Source: Candidatus Iainarchaeum sp.
GTDB taxonomy: Archaea > B1Sed10-29 > WALL01
Direction: 5' to 3'
DNA length: 36,339 nt
Assembly (NCBI GenBank): GCA_021162685.1
Contig: JAGGYF010000036.1
Span: 1-36,339, forward strand
Both the position numbers and the translations under genes were made by a program. Under the pieces are notes generated by a model. That model searched no databases, had not been told where the DNA came from, and saw nothing but the letters and a program-made list of their open reading frames with translations. Of this stretch, positions 7,649-17,185 are shown one piece after another (position 1 is the stretch's first letter; the number at the start of each line of letters is the position of its first letter).

Positions 7649-8710
7649 ATGGCAGTTGATTTTTCCAACCTCGTTGTGATGTACTCAGGAATACCATGGG
7701 AAGAAGTAGGGTACACACTATTAACAATCATCATAGCGCTTGTAGCATCAAAGATAATATTTGTATTCATAAAGGGCACATTGGAAAAAATCGCTGGAAA
7801 AACAAAAACAACACTTGACGACATCCTTGTAAAGGAAATGGAGACACCTACACACCTCTTCGTAGTGCTCCTTGCATTATATCTCTCCTTGACAATCTAT
7901 CCAGGAATGCAAAGGTACTTCACGCAATTTGACATTCTCATACAAATATTGCTCATATTTGTTGTCGCATATGGAGTAACAAAAGCAGTTACTGCAACCG
8001 TACGTTGGTACATGCATGAGAAGCGTGGGAAAAAATACAAATATAATTACCTCATTGTAGTCAAGAAGATAATTAACGCAGTTGTGTATATCCTGGCCAT
8101 TATTATTGTTTTATCACAACTGGGCATTGAAGTAACTCCTTTGATCACATCACTAGGGATTGGTGGACTTGCTGTTGCACTTGCATTCCAAGACACCCTG
8201 GAAAACTACTTTGCTGGGATATATGTATCAACAGACAAAGGACTAGAAGTTGGAGATTACATCCAATTATCTGAAGGCATTGCTGGAACCATAAAAGAGA
8301 TTGACTGGAGAACAACAAAGATACAGACCTGGGATGGAAACCTAGTTATCATCCCAAACTCAAAACTTGCAGAATCCACAATAACAAACTACTTTAAACC
8401 TTCGTCCTCACTCCTCGTTCCAATTGATGTGCCCATTAGCTACAATATAAAATCAGACAAAGCGATCAGAGAAATAAAAAGGCTTGTGAGCAATGTAAAG
8501 AAGAAAGCACCAGATGTTCTAGACAAAAACTTTGAAGTTATTGTCAAGATAGACTCATTTGGGGAATCAAATATCATATACAAGGTAATAGTTAAAGTCA
8601 CAAATAGAAGCAATATGTTTAAATTTAAAGAGTTATTTAATGCAGAATTGGCTAGAGCATATGATTCTGGAAAACTTGCTGTAGATTATAACATAGTTAA
8701 AGTTTTGTAG
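7649..8710 (+). CDS. mscS: Small-conductance mechanosensitive channel
   Basis: LGIGGLAVALAFQDTLENYFAG, VGDYI, IPNSKL motifs. Confidence 0.93.
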   Translation: MAVDFSNLVVMYSGIPWEEVGYTLLTIIIALVASKIIFVFIKGTLEKIAGKTKTTLDDILVKEMETPTHLFVVLLALYLSLTIYPGMQRYFTQFDILIQILLIFVVAYGVTKAVTATVRWYMHEKRGKKYKYNYLIVVKKIINAVVYILAIIIVLSQLGIEVTPLITSLGIGGLAVALAFQDTLENYFAGIYVSTDKGLEVGDYIQLSEGIAGTIKEIDWRTTKIQTWDGNLVIIPNSKLAESTITNYFKPSSSLLVPIDVPISYNIKSDKAIREIKRLVSNVKKKAPDVLDKNFEVIVKIDSFGESNIIYKVIVKVTNRSNMFKFKELFNAELARAYDSGKLAVDYNIVKVL

Positions 8711-8742
8711 CAATATCTTTTTTAACTGGTCGGTGTATAATT

Positions 8743-9441
8743 ATGCCTATGGGATTTGTATCACTAATTGGCGTAATAGCAATAGGGGTCCTCCTCCTTG
8801 TGCTGTCTTTTACAGTAGTTATGACCATTGTGGTGTATGCAATATGGAGAACAAGAAACATAATACTGCCAGAGGTCATACTTGCACTTATGAACATATT
8901 TGATTACCCAGTCAAAAGAACATTCTGGTTTTTTAAAATAGACACAGAAGCTGTTGATCTTGTGAAAACTGTGGTTATGAATAAGATCTATGAGAAACAA
9001 TTTTCTAAAATCCCTCCACAGGAAAGATTAATAGTACTGCCGCAATGTCTTAGGCATGTAAATTGCCCAGCAAGGCTTGATCCAAACGAGGGGATTGTAT
9101 GTGTTAAGTGTGGATTATGTGGGATAGCTAACATAAAAGAAGAGGCAGAAGCGCTTGGTGAAAAGGTGGTAATTGTTCCTGGTGGAACATTTGCAGCCAG
9201 GATGATGAAAAAGTTCAGACCAAAAGCAGTTATTGGGGTTGCATGTCCCGCAGAGATAAGAGAAGGAGCAGAGATTGCAATGAAACATGGCATAATCCCC
9301 CAAACGGTTCCATTACTACGTAGTGGATGTGTCAACACCGCAGTAGATTGGGATGAACTAAAAAGGGTTATGAAATTGGGTATTGGCAATGCTCCAGATT
9401 TATCTGACACAATGACAAAAAAGGCCATCATTCAAAACTAG
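8743..9441 (+). CDS. DUF116 family Cys-rich membrane protein
   Basis: LPQCLR..CPA, CVKCGLC, GVAC, GCVNT motifs. Confidence 0.88.
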   Translation: MPMGFVSLIGVIAIGVLLLVLSFTVVMTIVVYAIWRTRNIILPEVILALMNIFDYPVKRTFWFFKIDTEAVDLVKTVVMNKIYEKQFSKIPPQERLIVLPQCLRHVNCPARLDPNEGIVCVKCGLCGIANIKEEAEALGEKVVIVPGGTFAARMMKKFRPKAVIGVACPAEIREGAEIAMKHGIIPQTVPLLRSGCVNTAVDWDELKRVMKLGIGNAPDLSDTMTKKAIIQN

Positions 9442-9458
9442 CATTAGGAGAGAGGAAT

Positions 9459-10307
9459 ATGGACATCATACCAATAATGTTTGATTCTATGGGAGCAAGG
9501 TCTATGGCAACATTTGTTAAATGCAATAAGAATATCTTGATAGATCCTGGTGTAGCACTTGGTCCTTCTAGATATGGTCTGCCTCCACATCCTGTTGAAA
9601 TAAAGGCAATGGAAAGGGGTTATTCCAAAATAAAGAAATTTGCAAGAGATACGGATATTTTTGTTATATCACACTATCACTATGATCACTATGACCCTGA
9701 TGCTAAATTCTACAAAGGAACGGTTTTTGTGAAGCATCCAAAGAAATCAATAAATGCCTCCCAGAAAAGGAGAGCAGAACAGTTTATACCCAAACTGGAA
9801 AAACTTGCAGATGTTAAATTTTCAGACTCAAACGAGTATAAGATTGGCAGCCTAACAATACGTTTTTCTCATCCAATGCCACACGGTCCAGAGCATTCAA
9901 AACTGGGATGGGTTATAGGGACATGTATAGAATACAAAAAAGAGTGCTTTGTTCACACATCAGATGTACAAGGTCCGCTTGTTAAAAAATCAACAGACTG
10001 GATAATATCGCAGAATCCTGATACAATATTTTTGTGCGGAGTACTGTCCTACTTCTTAGGATGGAGATATCCAACAAAGCTACTTGACATTGCAAACAAA
10101 GAGGTTGTAAGAATCATGAAGAACACAGATGTCAAGACAATTGTTATGGACCACCACCTCGTAAGAGATCTCCACTTCAGGAAAAAGATTGCTCCAGTTG
10201 TAGAACATGCTAAAAAGTCTGGGACAAGGATTTGCACTGCTGCAGAATTTGCTGGAAAACAAAACAAATTCCTTGAGGCTGAGAGGAAGTCCTTATGGAA
10301 AAAGTAA
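9459..10307 (+). CDS. Metallo-beta-lactamase-fold hydrolase (UPF0282-like)
   Basis: DSMGARS, SHYHYDH, SDVQGP, DHHLVRD motifs. Confidence 0.88.
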   Translation: MDIIPIMFDSMGARSMATFVKCNKNILIDPGVALGPSRYGLPPHPVEIKAMERGYSKIKKFARDTDIFVISHYHYDHYDPDAKFYKGTVFVKHPKKSINASQKRRAEQFIPKLEKLADVKFSDSNEYKIGSLTIRFSHPMPHGPEHSKLGWVIGTCIEYKKECFVHTSDVQGPLVKKSTDWIISQNPDTIFLCGVLSYFLGWRYPTKLLDIANKEVVRIMKNTDVKTIVMDHHLVRDLHFRKKIAPVVEHAKKSGTRICTAAEFAGKQNKFLEAERKSLWKK

Positions 10308-10792
10308 GATGTTTTATCTCTGGCATGCCAGGATGCGGAAAAACAACGATGATAGAGAGACTTCTTCCATACATAAAAGATTACACTGGATTCATAACAA
10401 AGGATGTAAGAGAGCATGGAAAAAGAGTAGGATTTGACATAGAAGACATAGTTACAAAAGAAAGGCTTCCACTGGCAAGAACAGGCAGGGAAAAACCAAC
10501 TGTTGGAAAATACCACATATTTATTGATAATCTTGAAAGGATTGCTTTGAACGCCATAGAAAGAAAAGCGAACGTTCTAGTAATAGATGAAATTGGAAAA
10601 ATGGAGTTTTGTTCAAAAAGGGTCAAAGAGAAGATATTAGATGCAATAGAGAGCAATAGAAACCTCGTTGCTACCCTTCACAGAAATTATCTGCATTTGG
10701 CAAGAAACAATACACTCATATGGCTTGAGAAGGGGCATTGGAATGAAACATTTGAAAGGCTTAGGAAATTATTAAAAGGAGTTTGTAAATAA
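10295..10792 (+). CDS. NTPase (THEP1/NTPase_1 family)
   Basis: GMPGCGKTT Walker A, IDEIGKME Walker B, RVGFDI. Confidence 0.92.
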   Translation: MEKVRCFISGMPGCGKTTMIERLLPYIKDYTGFITKDVREHGKRVGFDIEDIVTKERLPLARTGREKPTVGKYHIFIDNLERIALNAIERKANVLVIDEIGKMEFCSKRVKEKILDAIESNRNLVATLHRNYLHLARNNTLIWLEKGHWNETFERLRKLLKGVCK

Positions 10793-10805
10793 GATTAGGC
10801 ACTAC

Positions 10806-10941
10806 GCCGGCGTAGCTCAGCCTGGTTAGGCCATGCGTCGTTGATGAAATCGGCGCAGGGACCAAAGCGCCAGACTCATAGGGATGGCATGAGCCCTCCG
10901 GAGATATCTGGAGGTCGCGGGTTCAAAGCCCGTCGCCGGCA
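10806..10941 (+). tRNA. tRNA-Met(CAT), elongator type, with two introns (10830-10865 in the D-arm; 10881-10905 at 37/38)
   Basis: GCCGGCG/CGCCGGC acceptor; removing both inserts restores the GCTC/GAGC D-stem and CCAGA-CTCATAA-TCTGG. Confidence 0.9.
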
Positions 10942-11029
10942 CTTTTTCTTAGTAATTGCAAGAAAATAGTTAAACTTTGATATGATAATGCCATAAAACT
11001 TATATATGTGAAAATAACATAATATTAAT

Positions 11030-11281
11030 ATGAATATAAGTATGCATTTTGAAGGGATTATGGAAGAAATTATTGAAAAACTCCTCAAGCTGGGGATTGC
11101 AAAAACAAAAGCTGAAGCGCTTAGGCTTGGACTGCTTGAGCTGAACGATAAATATCAGTTAGTAGGAGTAGACAAGGAACTTGAAGAGGACTTAATAGAA
11201 ATAAACAGAATTGAAAGGGATATCAAAACAGGCAAGGAAAAGGTTTACTCTGTTAAGAATGTTGCTGAGCTGCTGGCATGA
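11030..11281 (+). CDS. Putative antitoxin (RHH-like N-terminus)
   Basis: 83 aa, KTKAEALRLGL helix, acidic C-terminus, ATGA overlap with a RelE-like gene. Confidence 0.75.
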   Translation: MNISMHFEGIMEEIIEKLLKLGIAKTKAEALRLGLLELNDKYQLVGVDKELEEDLIEINRIERDIKTGKEKVYSVKNVAELLA

Positions 11282-11523
11282 AAATCAAAAGAACGGCTAC
11301 GTTCAAGAAAGATGTCGAGAAACTTGATTCCCAAAGCAAGCAAACTCTCAGAAAAATGATTGAGAAAATCCTTGCCAACCCTGTTCGGTTCAAGCCAATG
11401 AAACATCACTCAAACATTTTCAGAATTAGGTTTAGCAAACTCAGACTTGTTTATAAAGTTGAACAAGACGTTATTACATTCATGTTCGTAAGGAAAAGAA
11501 ACAAAGTTTATAGAAATGTGTGA
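11278..11523 (+). CDS. RelE/ParE family toxin
   Basis: 81 aa, basic; FKKDVEKL...FRIRFSKLRLVYKV pattern. Confidence 0.85.
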   Translation: MKIKRTATFKKDVEKLDSQSKQTLRKMIEKILANPVRFKPMKHHSNIFRIRFSKLRLVYKVEQDVITFMFVRKRNKVYRNV

Positions 11524-11589
11524 ACCGGGGGATCGTCGCCGGCACTCTTTTTGCAAAGGTTTTTAAAGATTGGAGAGATTAATATCAAT

Positions 11590-12618
11590 ATGCCCCGTAT
11601 TACCATGAATGAAGCAAATAATGCCCTGAAATGTCTCAAAGCTCGCAAGGGACATAGGCTTATTATTGTTTTTGATTCTGCAGAAAAACAAGCAATCGCA
11701 AACAAGATACGCAGAGCTGCCAGAAGAAGAGGTATAAGGACAAAATTAATTGACATAAGAGAGCTATTTCAAAAAGGAAACGAAAGATATGTTCTTCAGG
11801 AAATAGAATCGCAACTCTCAAGATTTTTTGGAAGAGCTTCTCACAAGGAAAAGAATGCTATTACATTGATAGGTAATAAAAAACCTTATGCATCTGTAAG
11901 GGGAAAGATAGTGAGGAAGATACTTGAGCAGAATGGATACGTTTTACACATACCAACAGACAACACCAACGTAATAAAAAATCTCCTAGCATTAAATCCA
12001 AATGAATTGGAAAAACGTGGAAATACACTAATTGAGAGACTCAAAAACGCTAGAAGCATAATAATAACTACTGAAGCAGGAACAAATCTTACAATCCCAT
12101 GGCATCCAGAGAAAAGGAGTTGGGTACTAAGTGTTGGAAAAGTCAAGGATTATAGTGTTGGTAAAGGAGGATGGGGCAATCCTGGAGGGGAGGTATTTAC
12201 ATCACCAATACATGAAGGGGTTAGGGGGAAAATTGTTGTGGACGGTTCATTTGGAAATTTTGGATTGGTTAAAGAACCAATAGAAATAGAATTTGATGAA
12301 AGAGGTAGGGCAATCTTAAGTAAGATCAAACATGATGGGATAAGGAAGAAACTATCAAAAGATAAAAATGCTTGTAGACTTGGAGAACTAGGAATAGGAC
12401 TTGTGCCAGGAGAACTTATAGGAGACACCCTATTTGATGAGAAAAAAGAGGGAACAATCCATGTGGCATTTGGCCATGATGAGTCAGAAAGGGGAACAGG
12501 AGGAGAAAATGAAAGTGAAATCCACGAAGATGCGATAATCATGAACCCTACTGTAGTAGTTGTGGATCATAAAGGGAAAAAGCATACAATTATGAATAAA
12601 GGGAAACTCTGTGTATGA
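11590..12618 (+). CDS. Peptidase M29 (aminopeptidase T/AmpS-like) family protein
   Basis: GTNL, NPGGEVF, GELGIG, DEK..GTIHVAFG, IHED motifs; start uncertain. Confidence 0.8.
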   Translation: MPRITMNEANNALKCLKARKGHRLIIVFDSAEKQAIANKIRRAARRRGIRTKLIDIRELFQKGNERYVLQEIESQLSRFFGRASHKEKNAITLIGNKKPYASVRGKIVRKILEQNGYVLHIPTDNTNVIKNLLALNPNELEKRGNTLIERLKNARSIIITTEAGTNLTIPWHPEKRSWVLSVGKVKDYSVGKGGWGNPGGEVFTSPIHEGVRGKIVVDGSFGNFGLVKEPIEIEFDERGRAILSKIKHDGIRKKLSKDKNACRLGELGIGLVPGELIGDTLFDEKKEGTIHVAFGHDESERGTGGENESEIHEDAIIMNPTVVVVDHKGKKHTIMNKGKLCV

Positions 12619-12686
12619 GGGAGTACGGGCTAGATTTTTATACCTCCTCTGCATTATTCTACTGACTAGTTCTGCGGGGTGCGAGG

Positions 12687-13325
12687 ATGGATTTAGCAAA
12701 AAAGGCAGCTGGTGAGAAGGCTGTAGAGTTTATAAAAGATGGCATGATTGTTGGTCTGGGAACAGGTTCAACTGTGTTTTATACTCTAAAAAGAATTGGA
12801 GACCTTGGCTTAGACATCATAGGTATCTGCACAAGCGTTGATACAGAAAACAAATGCAAAGAGTTTGGTATAAAAATTGGGGACATAAATGAATATGTTC
12901 CTGAAATTGCAATAGATGGTGCAGATGAGGTTGACCCAAACAAAAATTTGATAAAGGGTGGGGGAGGAGCATTAACTAGAGAGAAAATTGTTGATTACAG
13001 AGCTAAAGAACTTGTTGTCGTTGTCGGAGAGAATAAACTTGTTGATTATTTAGGCCAAAGATTTTACCTCCCAGTAGAAGTGCTTCCGTTCTGTTGGAAA
13101 AGAGTAAAGAGCGAACTTGAACAAATGTTTGAAAAGGTTGTGAAAAGAGATTTTGTAACAGACAACAAAAATTATATACTAGATTGTTATGGTAGAATAG
13201 AGGGTCCAAAAACATTGGAAAGGGAATTGAATAACATTCCAGGTGTTGTTGAAAATGGACTATTCACAAAGAACACTGGGAGAGTTGTGGTTGGCAAAGA
13301 CAATGGAGAAGTGGAGATAATATGA
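12687..13325 (+). CDS. rpiA: Ribose-5-phosphate isomerase A
   Basis: GLGTGST, DGADEVD, KGGGGALTREK. Confidence 0.97.
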   Translation: MDLAKKAAGEKAVEFIKDGMIVGLGTGSTVFYTLKRIGDLGLDIIGICTSVDTENKCKEFGIKIGDINEYVPEIAIDGADEVDPNKNLIKGGGGALTREKIVDYRAKELVVVVGENKLVDYLGQRFYLPVEVLPFCWKRVKSELEQMFEKVVKRDFVTDNKNYILDCYGRIEGPKTLERELNNIPGVVENGLFTKNTGRVVVGKDNGEVEII

Positions 13326-13957
13326 TTTTGGTTGTGAATTTCAAAACATACGAGCAGAGTATAGGTGAGCGAGGATTGAAGCTTGCTAAGACCTTAGAGG
13401 GGATTACGAAAAATGCTATTGTTTGCCCGCAGATGCCAGACCTAAGGTACATAGCGAATCATGTGGATATCCCGGTGTATGCACAACATATTGATAGTAT
13501 AAAACCAGGAAGCCATACTGGCTGGATACTCCCAGAGGCAATAAAGGAAAGCGGATGTGAGGGCACTCTAATAAATCATTCAGAGCATACCTTGAGCATC
13601 AATGAAATAAAGGAAAGGGTTGAAAGGTGCAGAGATATTGGACTAAAATCAATGGTCTGCGTGCCTGACATAGAAACAGAAGAAAGGGTTGTAGACATGG
13701 AGCCAGATTTTATAGCTATTGAACCACCAGAGCTTATTGGTGGGAATGTATCAGTTGCAACTGCTAAACCTGAGTTAATAGAGAAAGCAGTAGAGGTAAG
13801 CAGAGGTATTCCATTATTATGTGGCGCTGGGATAAACAGCGCAGAAGATATAAAGATAGCAAAAGAACTCGGAGCAATAGGTGTTTTGGTTGCATCAGCA
13901 ATTGTGAAGAGCAAAAATCCGAAAAGTGTAATAGAATCATTTGCTGAATATTTATGA
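13322..13957 (+). CDS. tpiA: Triosephosphate isomerase, archaeal type
   Basis: NFKTY, NHSEH, IEPPELIG, CGAGI. Confidence 0.97.
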   Translation: MILVVNFKTYEQSIGERGLKLAKTLEGITKNAIVCPQMPDLRYIANHVDIPVYAQHIDSIKPGSHTGWILPEAIKESGCEGTLINHSEHTLSINEIKERVERCRDIGLKSMVCVPDIETEERVVDMEPDFIAIEPPELIGGNVSVATAKPELIEKAVEVSRGIPLLCGAGINSAEDIKIAKELGAIGVLVASAIVKSKNPKSVIESFAEYL

Positions 13958-13966
13958 GGTGAAACA

Positions 13967-14869
13967 ATGGATATAGTTGTTGGTCCAAAGGATGGTTTCT
14001 CAGAAAGGATTGCTGAGTATCTAAACCTAACATTTGTTCCACTGCACAGAAGGGTTTTTCCAGACAGAGAGATATGCCCAAGGATTGTTGATGCCATAAA
14101 AGGAAAAAGCGTTCTATTTGTTTCAAGAACAAGTGGTGCAGATGCATTTCATCCAAACAGATATCTAATTGAACTGTATTTAGCATTGACAAACTTGAAA
14201 AGTTTGGGTGCAAAGGAATTAAACGTATTGATGCCATATTTTGTTTACGCAAGACAGGACAAAGTGTTCAGAGAAGGAGAGGTTGTATCAGCAAAAGCAG
14301 TACTTGACCTTCTGAAAAACTTAGGTGTTAAGCGGTTCTATACAGTAACAGCACACATGCAAAGAGAAGAAGGAAAGCTAAGGTTTTATGACGAGATGGA
14401 GTGTTATACAATAGATGGTTTTGAGGAGATTGGAAAATACATAAAAGCAAAATACAATCCAGAAAATCCATTAGTTCTGGGTCCTGATTTGACTGCAAGC
14501 TCTGGGGCAGAAACTGTTGCTAAGGTTTTGGGAATCTCTGAAAGCTCTGCATTGGAAAAGTTTAGGGATAGGGACACAGGTGCAACAGAAACAAAAGGTG
14601 AGCTTCCTGAACTAAATGGCAGAGATGTTATTATTGTTGATGACATTGCTGCAACTGGGGGTACTATGTCCAAAGCAGTTAGCATGTGTAAGGAGAAAGG
14701 AGCAGGGAAGATCATCTGTGCTGTTGTTCATCCTGTTCTAGCTCAGGATTGTTTGAATAGGATAAGAAACACAGGTGCAGAATTCATTGGATGCAATACA
14801 ATAGAATCATGCATATCAAAGGTACATGTTGAGAAAAAGATTGCTGAGTTCATAAAACAGCATTCCTAA
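13967..14869 (+). CDS. prs: Ribose-phosphate pyrophosphokinase
   Basis: [26 protein letters not shown]. Confidence 0.95.
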   Translation: MDIVVGPKDGFSERIAEYLNLTFVPLHRRVFPDREICPRIVDAIKGKSVLFVSRTSGADAFHPNRYLIELYLALTNLKSLGAKELNVLMPYFVYARQDKVFREGEVVSAKAVLDLLKNLGVKRFYTVTAHMQREEGKLRFYDEMECYTIDGFEEIGKYIKAKYNPENPLVLGPDLTASSGAETVAKVLGISESSALEKFRDRDTGATETKGELPELNGRDVIIVDDIAATGGTMSKAVSMCKEKGAGKIICAVVHPVLAQDCLNRIRNTGAEFIGCNTIESCISKVHVEKKIAEFIKQHS

Positions 14870-15503
14870 GTTCTTTCAATGCCTCGGCTGGGTCTGGTTT
14901 TTTGAATATTGCTGACCCAGCAACCAAAACATCTGCTCCTTTTTCAACAACCTGGGGAGCAGTTTGCAGATTTATCCCTCCATCTATCTCAATCTCAAAT
15001 GAAAGCTTTTGTTCCTCCCTCATCTCTTTAAGCTGGGTTATCTTTGGTAGAACATTTTTTATGAATGCTTGGCCACCAAACCCTGGATTTACTGTCATCA
15101 AGCAGACCATATCTATATCTGTGAGGACATGCTCTATCATGTAAACGGGTGTTGCAGGATTCAAAACAACTGCTGGTTTTGCTCCCAGTTTTCTTATGAG
15201 CTGCAATGTTCTATGCAGATGTTTACATGCCTCGGTATGTACAGAAATAATATCGCTCCCAGATTCTATAAACTCTGGGATATAAGTATCTGGGTTGTCT
15301 ATCATCAAGTGTGTGTCAAGAGGCAGATCTGTAACATTATCAACTGCTTTTACAACAATTGGGCCCATTGTGATGTTCGGAACAAAATGACCATCCATCA
15401 CATCTATATGGATATAGTCTGCACCAGCCTCCTCAACTGATTTTATTTGTTCTCCAAGTCGCGAGAAGTCTGCAGATAAGATAGAAGGAGCAATCTTTAC
15501 CAT
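14850..15503 (-). CDS. rpe: Ribulose-phosphate 3-epimerase
   Basis: [35 protein letters not shown]. Confidence 0.97.
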   Translation of the reverse strand: MVKIAPSILSADFSRLGEQIKSVEEAGADYIHIDVMDGHFVPNITMGPIVVKAVDNVTDLPLDTHLMIDNPDTYIPEFIESGSDIISVHTEACKHLHRTLQLIRKLGAKPAVVLNPATPVYMIEHVLTDIDMVCLMTVNPGFGGQAFIKNVLPKITQLKEMREEQKLSFEIEIDGGINLQTAPQVVEKGADVLVAGSAIFKKPDPAEALKELRNAVL

Positions 15504-15570
15504 GAGACCACCGTACCTATTTATGTAGATAAAACTTTTTAAATGATGATTGACAAAAATACTCTCTATT

Positions 15571-15667
15571 GCCTCGGTAGCTTAGCGGTATAGCGCCGGT
15601 CTTGTACAGCCCAACAATATGGGCTAAAGATAACCGGAGGTCGAGGGTTCGAATCCCTCCCGAGGCT
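15571..15667 (+). tRNA. tRNA-Thr(TGT) with a 25-nt intron at 37/38 (15607-15631)
   Basis: GCCTCGG/CCGAGGC acceptor, CCGGT-CTTGTA|A-ACCGG, intron hairpin AGCCCA/TGGGCT. Confidence 0.93.
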
Positions 15668-15813
15668 TCTGGCATTCAAGTGCGGAGCACATGCTTGAGA
15701 CAGTGCATTTCTCTTGGAAATACACTCCCCTTTCGTTGATTGCCTGTACTGGAAGTAAAATTTATTTGCCACACATTTATAAACTCTTTTTTGTATAAAA
15801 TCATCGAAGCAGT

Positions 15814-16252
15814 ATGAAAATTAACTGAAAGCCTACTAAGAAAAGAGTCATTGTAGTGATTTTATTATTCGTCTTTCTTTTCGGTGTTCCGAAAGTTATG
15901 GAATATTTTTTAAAGTCAGAACCCTCACCTTGCCATATCGCATCCGATGTCATGATACAAGAACAGATAAAATCTTGTGAAGCCACGCCAGAGTTTTCAA
16001 GCCTATCACCTAAAACGTGAGATATACTCTACACTACGTAGTATCTTCATGACCATAGCTGCACCATTATACGTCTTACCATCAATCGTAATAGCATATT
16101 CTATTCTCCTGTTTCCAGCAGTGATTTATGGGGATGTTCCTTCCATCATAGGCTTCTGGGCTGTGAGTATAACTTCATTTACACTATATTTTTATCTATT
16201 AGTGGTACTAGGCGAGTATGCATACGCAGTAATACGCCAGAAAAAGAGTTGA
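15814..16252 (+). pseudogene. Probable disrupted small membrane-protein gene
   Basis: ATG 15814 reads MKIN*KPTKKRVIVVILLFVFLFG to a TGA at 16018; the hydrophobic C-terminal part continues in another frame (ORF 15977-16252). Confidence 0.5.
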
Positions 16253-16277
16253 AGCCAAAAACCGTTTCAATTGAACA

Positions 16278-16622
16278 TTACCTTTTCTTGTACTTGAACC
16301 TTTTTTCGTAATCCTTGTGCGAGAGCCATTCAATGACAACACTGACAATGAGCACTTCGTTTGCTTTTATGGTGTAAAGGAGGCGCCAAGCGTTTGGCAA
16401 ATCGTACTTCCACAAGTTGCTGATTTTGTATTTCTTGATGTACTCTTTTGGGATGAGCTTGCTGGGGATTTGTATTCCACAGGTAGGATTTGCTTTCAAG
16501 TCGTCCATTGCCCTGTCTATGAAATGATACAATTGCCTGTCTTCGAACTTCCCTTTCTTGAGCTTGTCAAAAGCCTTCTTCAACTTTTCTTCAATAAATG
16601 CTACGTGGATTTCTCTCGTCAT
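16278..16622 (-). CDS. RelE-superfamily-like toxin
   Basis: NLWKYDLPNAWRLLYTI...EWLSHKDYEKRF; start 16622 overlaps the upstream stop (ATGA). Confidence 0.75.
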   Translation of the reverse strand: MTREIHVAFIEEKLKKAFDKLKKGKFEDRQLYHFIDRAMDDLKANPTCGIQIPSKLIPKEYIKKYKISNLWKYDLPNAWRLLYTIKANEVLIVSVVIEWLSHKDYEKRFKYKKR

Positions 16623-16894
16623 TTCACAATCAATCCTTTGCTCAGGAGCTTTCTCACCCCTTCTGGGTCCCAGATCCACACAATCTTTTTCTCCCTGTCG
16701 AAAATGATTTTGTTAGAATATTCCAGGTAGTCGATTATCGTGCAGTATGTCTGGTACATTGTCTTGCGGGGCAGCTTTTCCCACACCTGCTTTTTTGAGT
16801 ATTTCCCACTGTGCTTTTGTATGAATTCCTCTACCATTAAAATTGTGTCCAGGCGCGGATAGCGCAGGACATTTTCCGGCTTGAAAACTGTCAT
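16619..16894 (-). CDS. Putative winged-helix antitoxin/regulator
   Basis: YPRLDTILMVEEFI...LPRKTMYQT...YLEYSNKI; translationally coupled to the toxin; alternative start 16906. Confidence 0.7.
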   Translation of the reverse strand: MTVFKPENVLRYPRLDTILMVEEFIQKHSGKYSKKQVWEKLPRKTMYQTYCTIIDYLEYSNKIIFDREKKIVWIWDPEGVRKLLSKGLIVK

Positions 16895-16914
16895 TTGAAA
16901 CCGCATACACTAGT

Positions 16915-16930
16915 TATATCAATTGATATA
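16915..16930. promoter_or_regulatory. Perfect 16-bp palindrome, candidate TA operator
   Basis: TATATCAATTGATATA immediately upstream of the antitoxin start, beside a TTTAAATA TATA-like box. Confidence 0.6.
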
Positions 16931-17142
16931 TTTAAATGTTTTGGTGCTCCAAGTACAGTACTCTTGCTCCTCCCGAGGCTCTAATTCTACGGTGCTAGAG
17001 CCTGCACCAAACTATTTATAGAACCTCAAGCAGAAGCCCAGGAGCATGGATAGAATAACAACTGGCAAAGGAAGCTTTTGGCACTCAGTTCCGCGGAAAT
17101 GACCTGCGTGTGTCCTATACTGGCCGAAAACCTTAAATAACA

Positions 17143-17185
17143 GTGTTACACTAATATTAACAAATTATTAATTTCGGTGTAGCAC
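17143..17185. promoter_or_regulatory. Inverted repeat, candidate AbiEi operator
   Basis: GTGTTACAC...TTAA...TTAA...GTGTAGCAC ends at the base before the ATG. Confidence 0.6.

Larger units (their letters stand above)
10931..11546. mobile_element. Minimal tRNA-Met islet bounded by the 13-bp direct repeat CGTCGCCGGCACT
   Basis: Exact repeat at 10931-10943 and 11534-11546 enclosing only a TA pair. Confidence 0.8.
15656..16980. mobile_element. tRNA-Thr islet bounded by the 12-bp direct repeat CCTCCCGAGGCT
   Basis: Exact repeat at 15656-15667 and 16969-16980. Confidence 0.75.

Noticed and set aside
10876-11088. Minus-strand ORF (likewise 15566-15772)
   Set aside because: Antisense to tRNA genes.
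15826-15828. TGA recoding (alternative genetic code)
   Set aside because: TGA terminates conserved genes here (rpoH, rps12, tpiA), so a point mutation is the simpler explanation.
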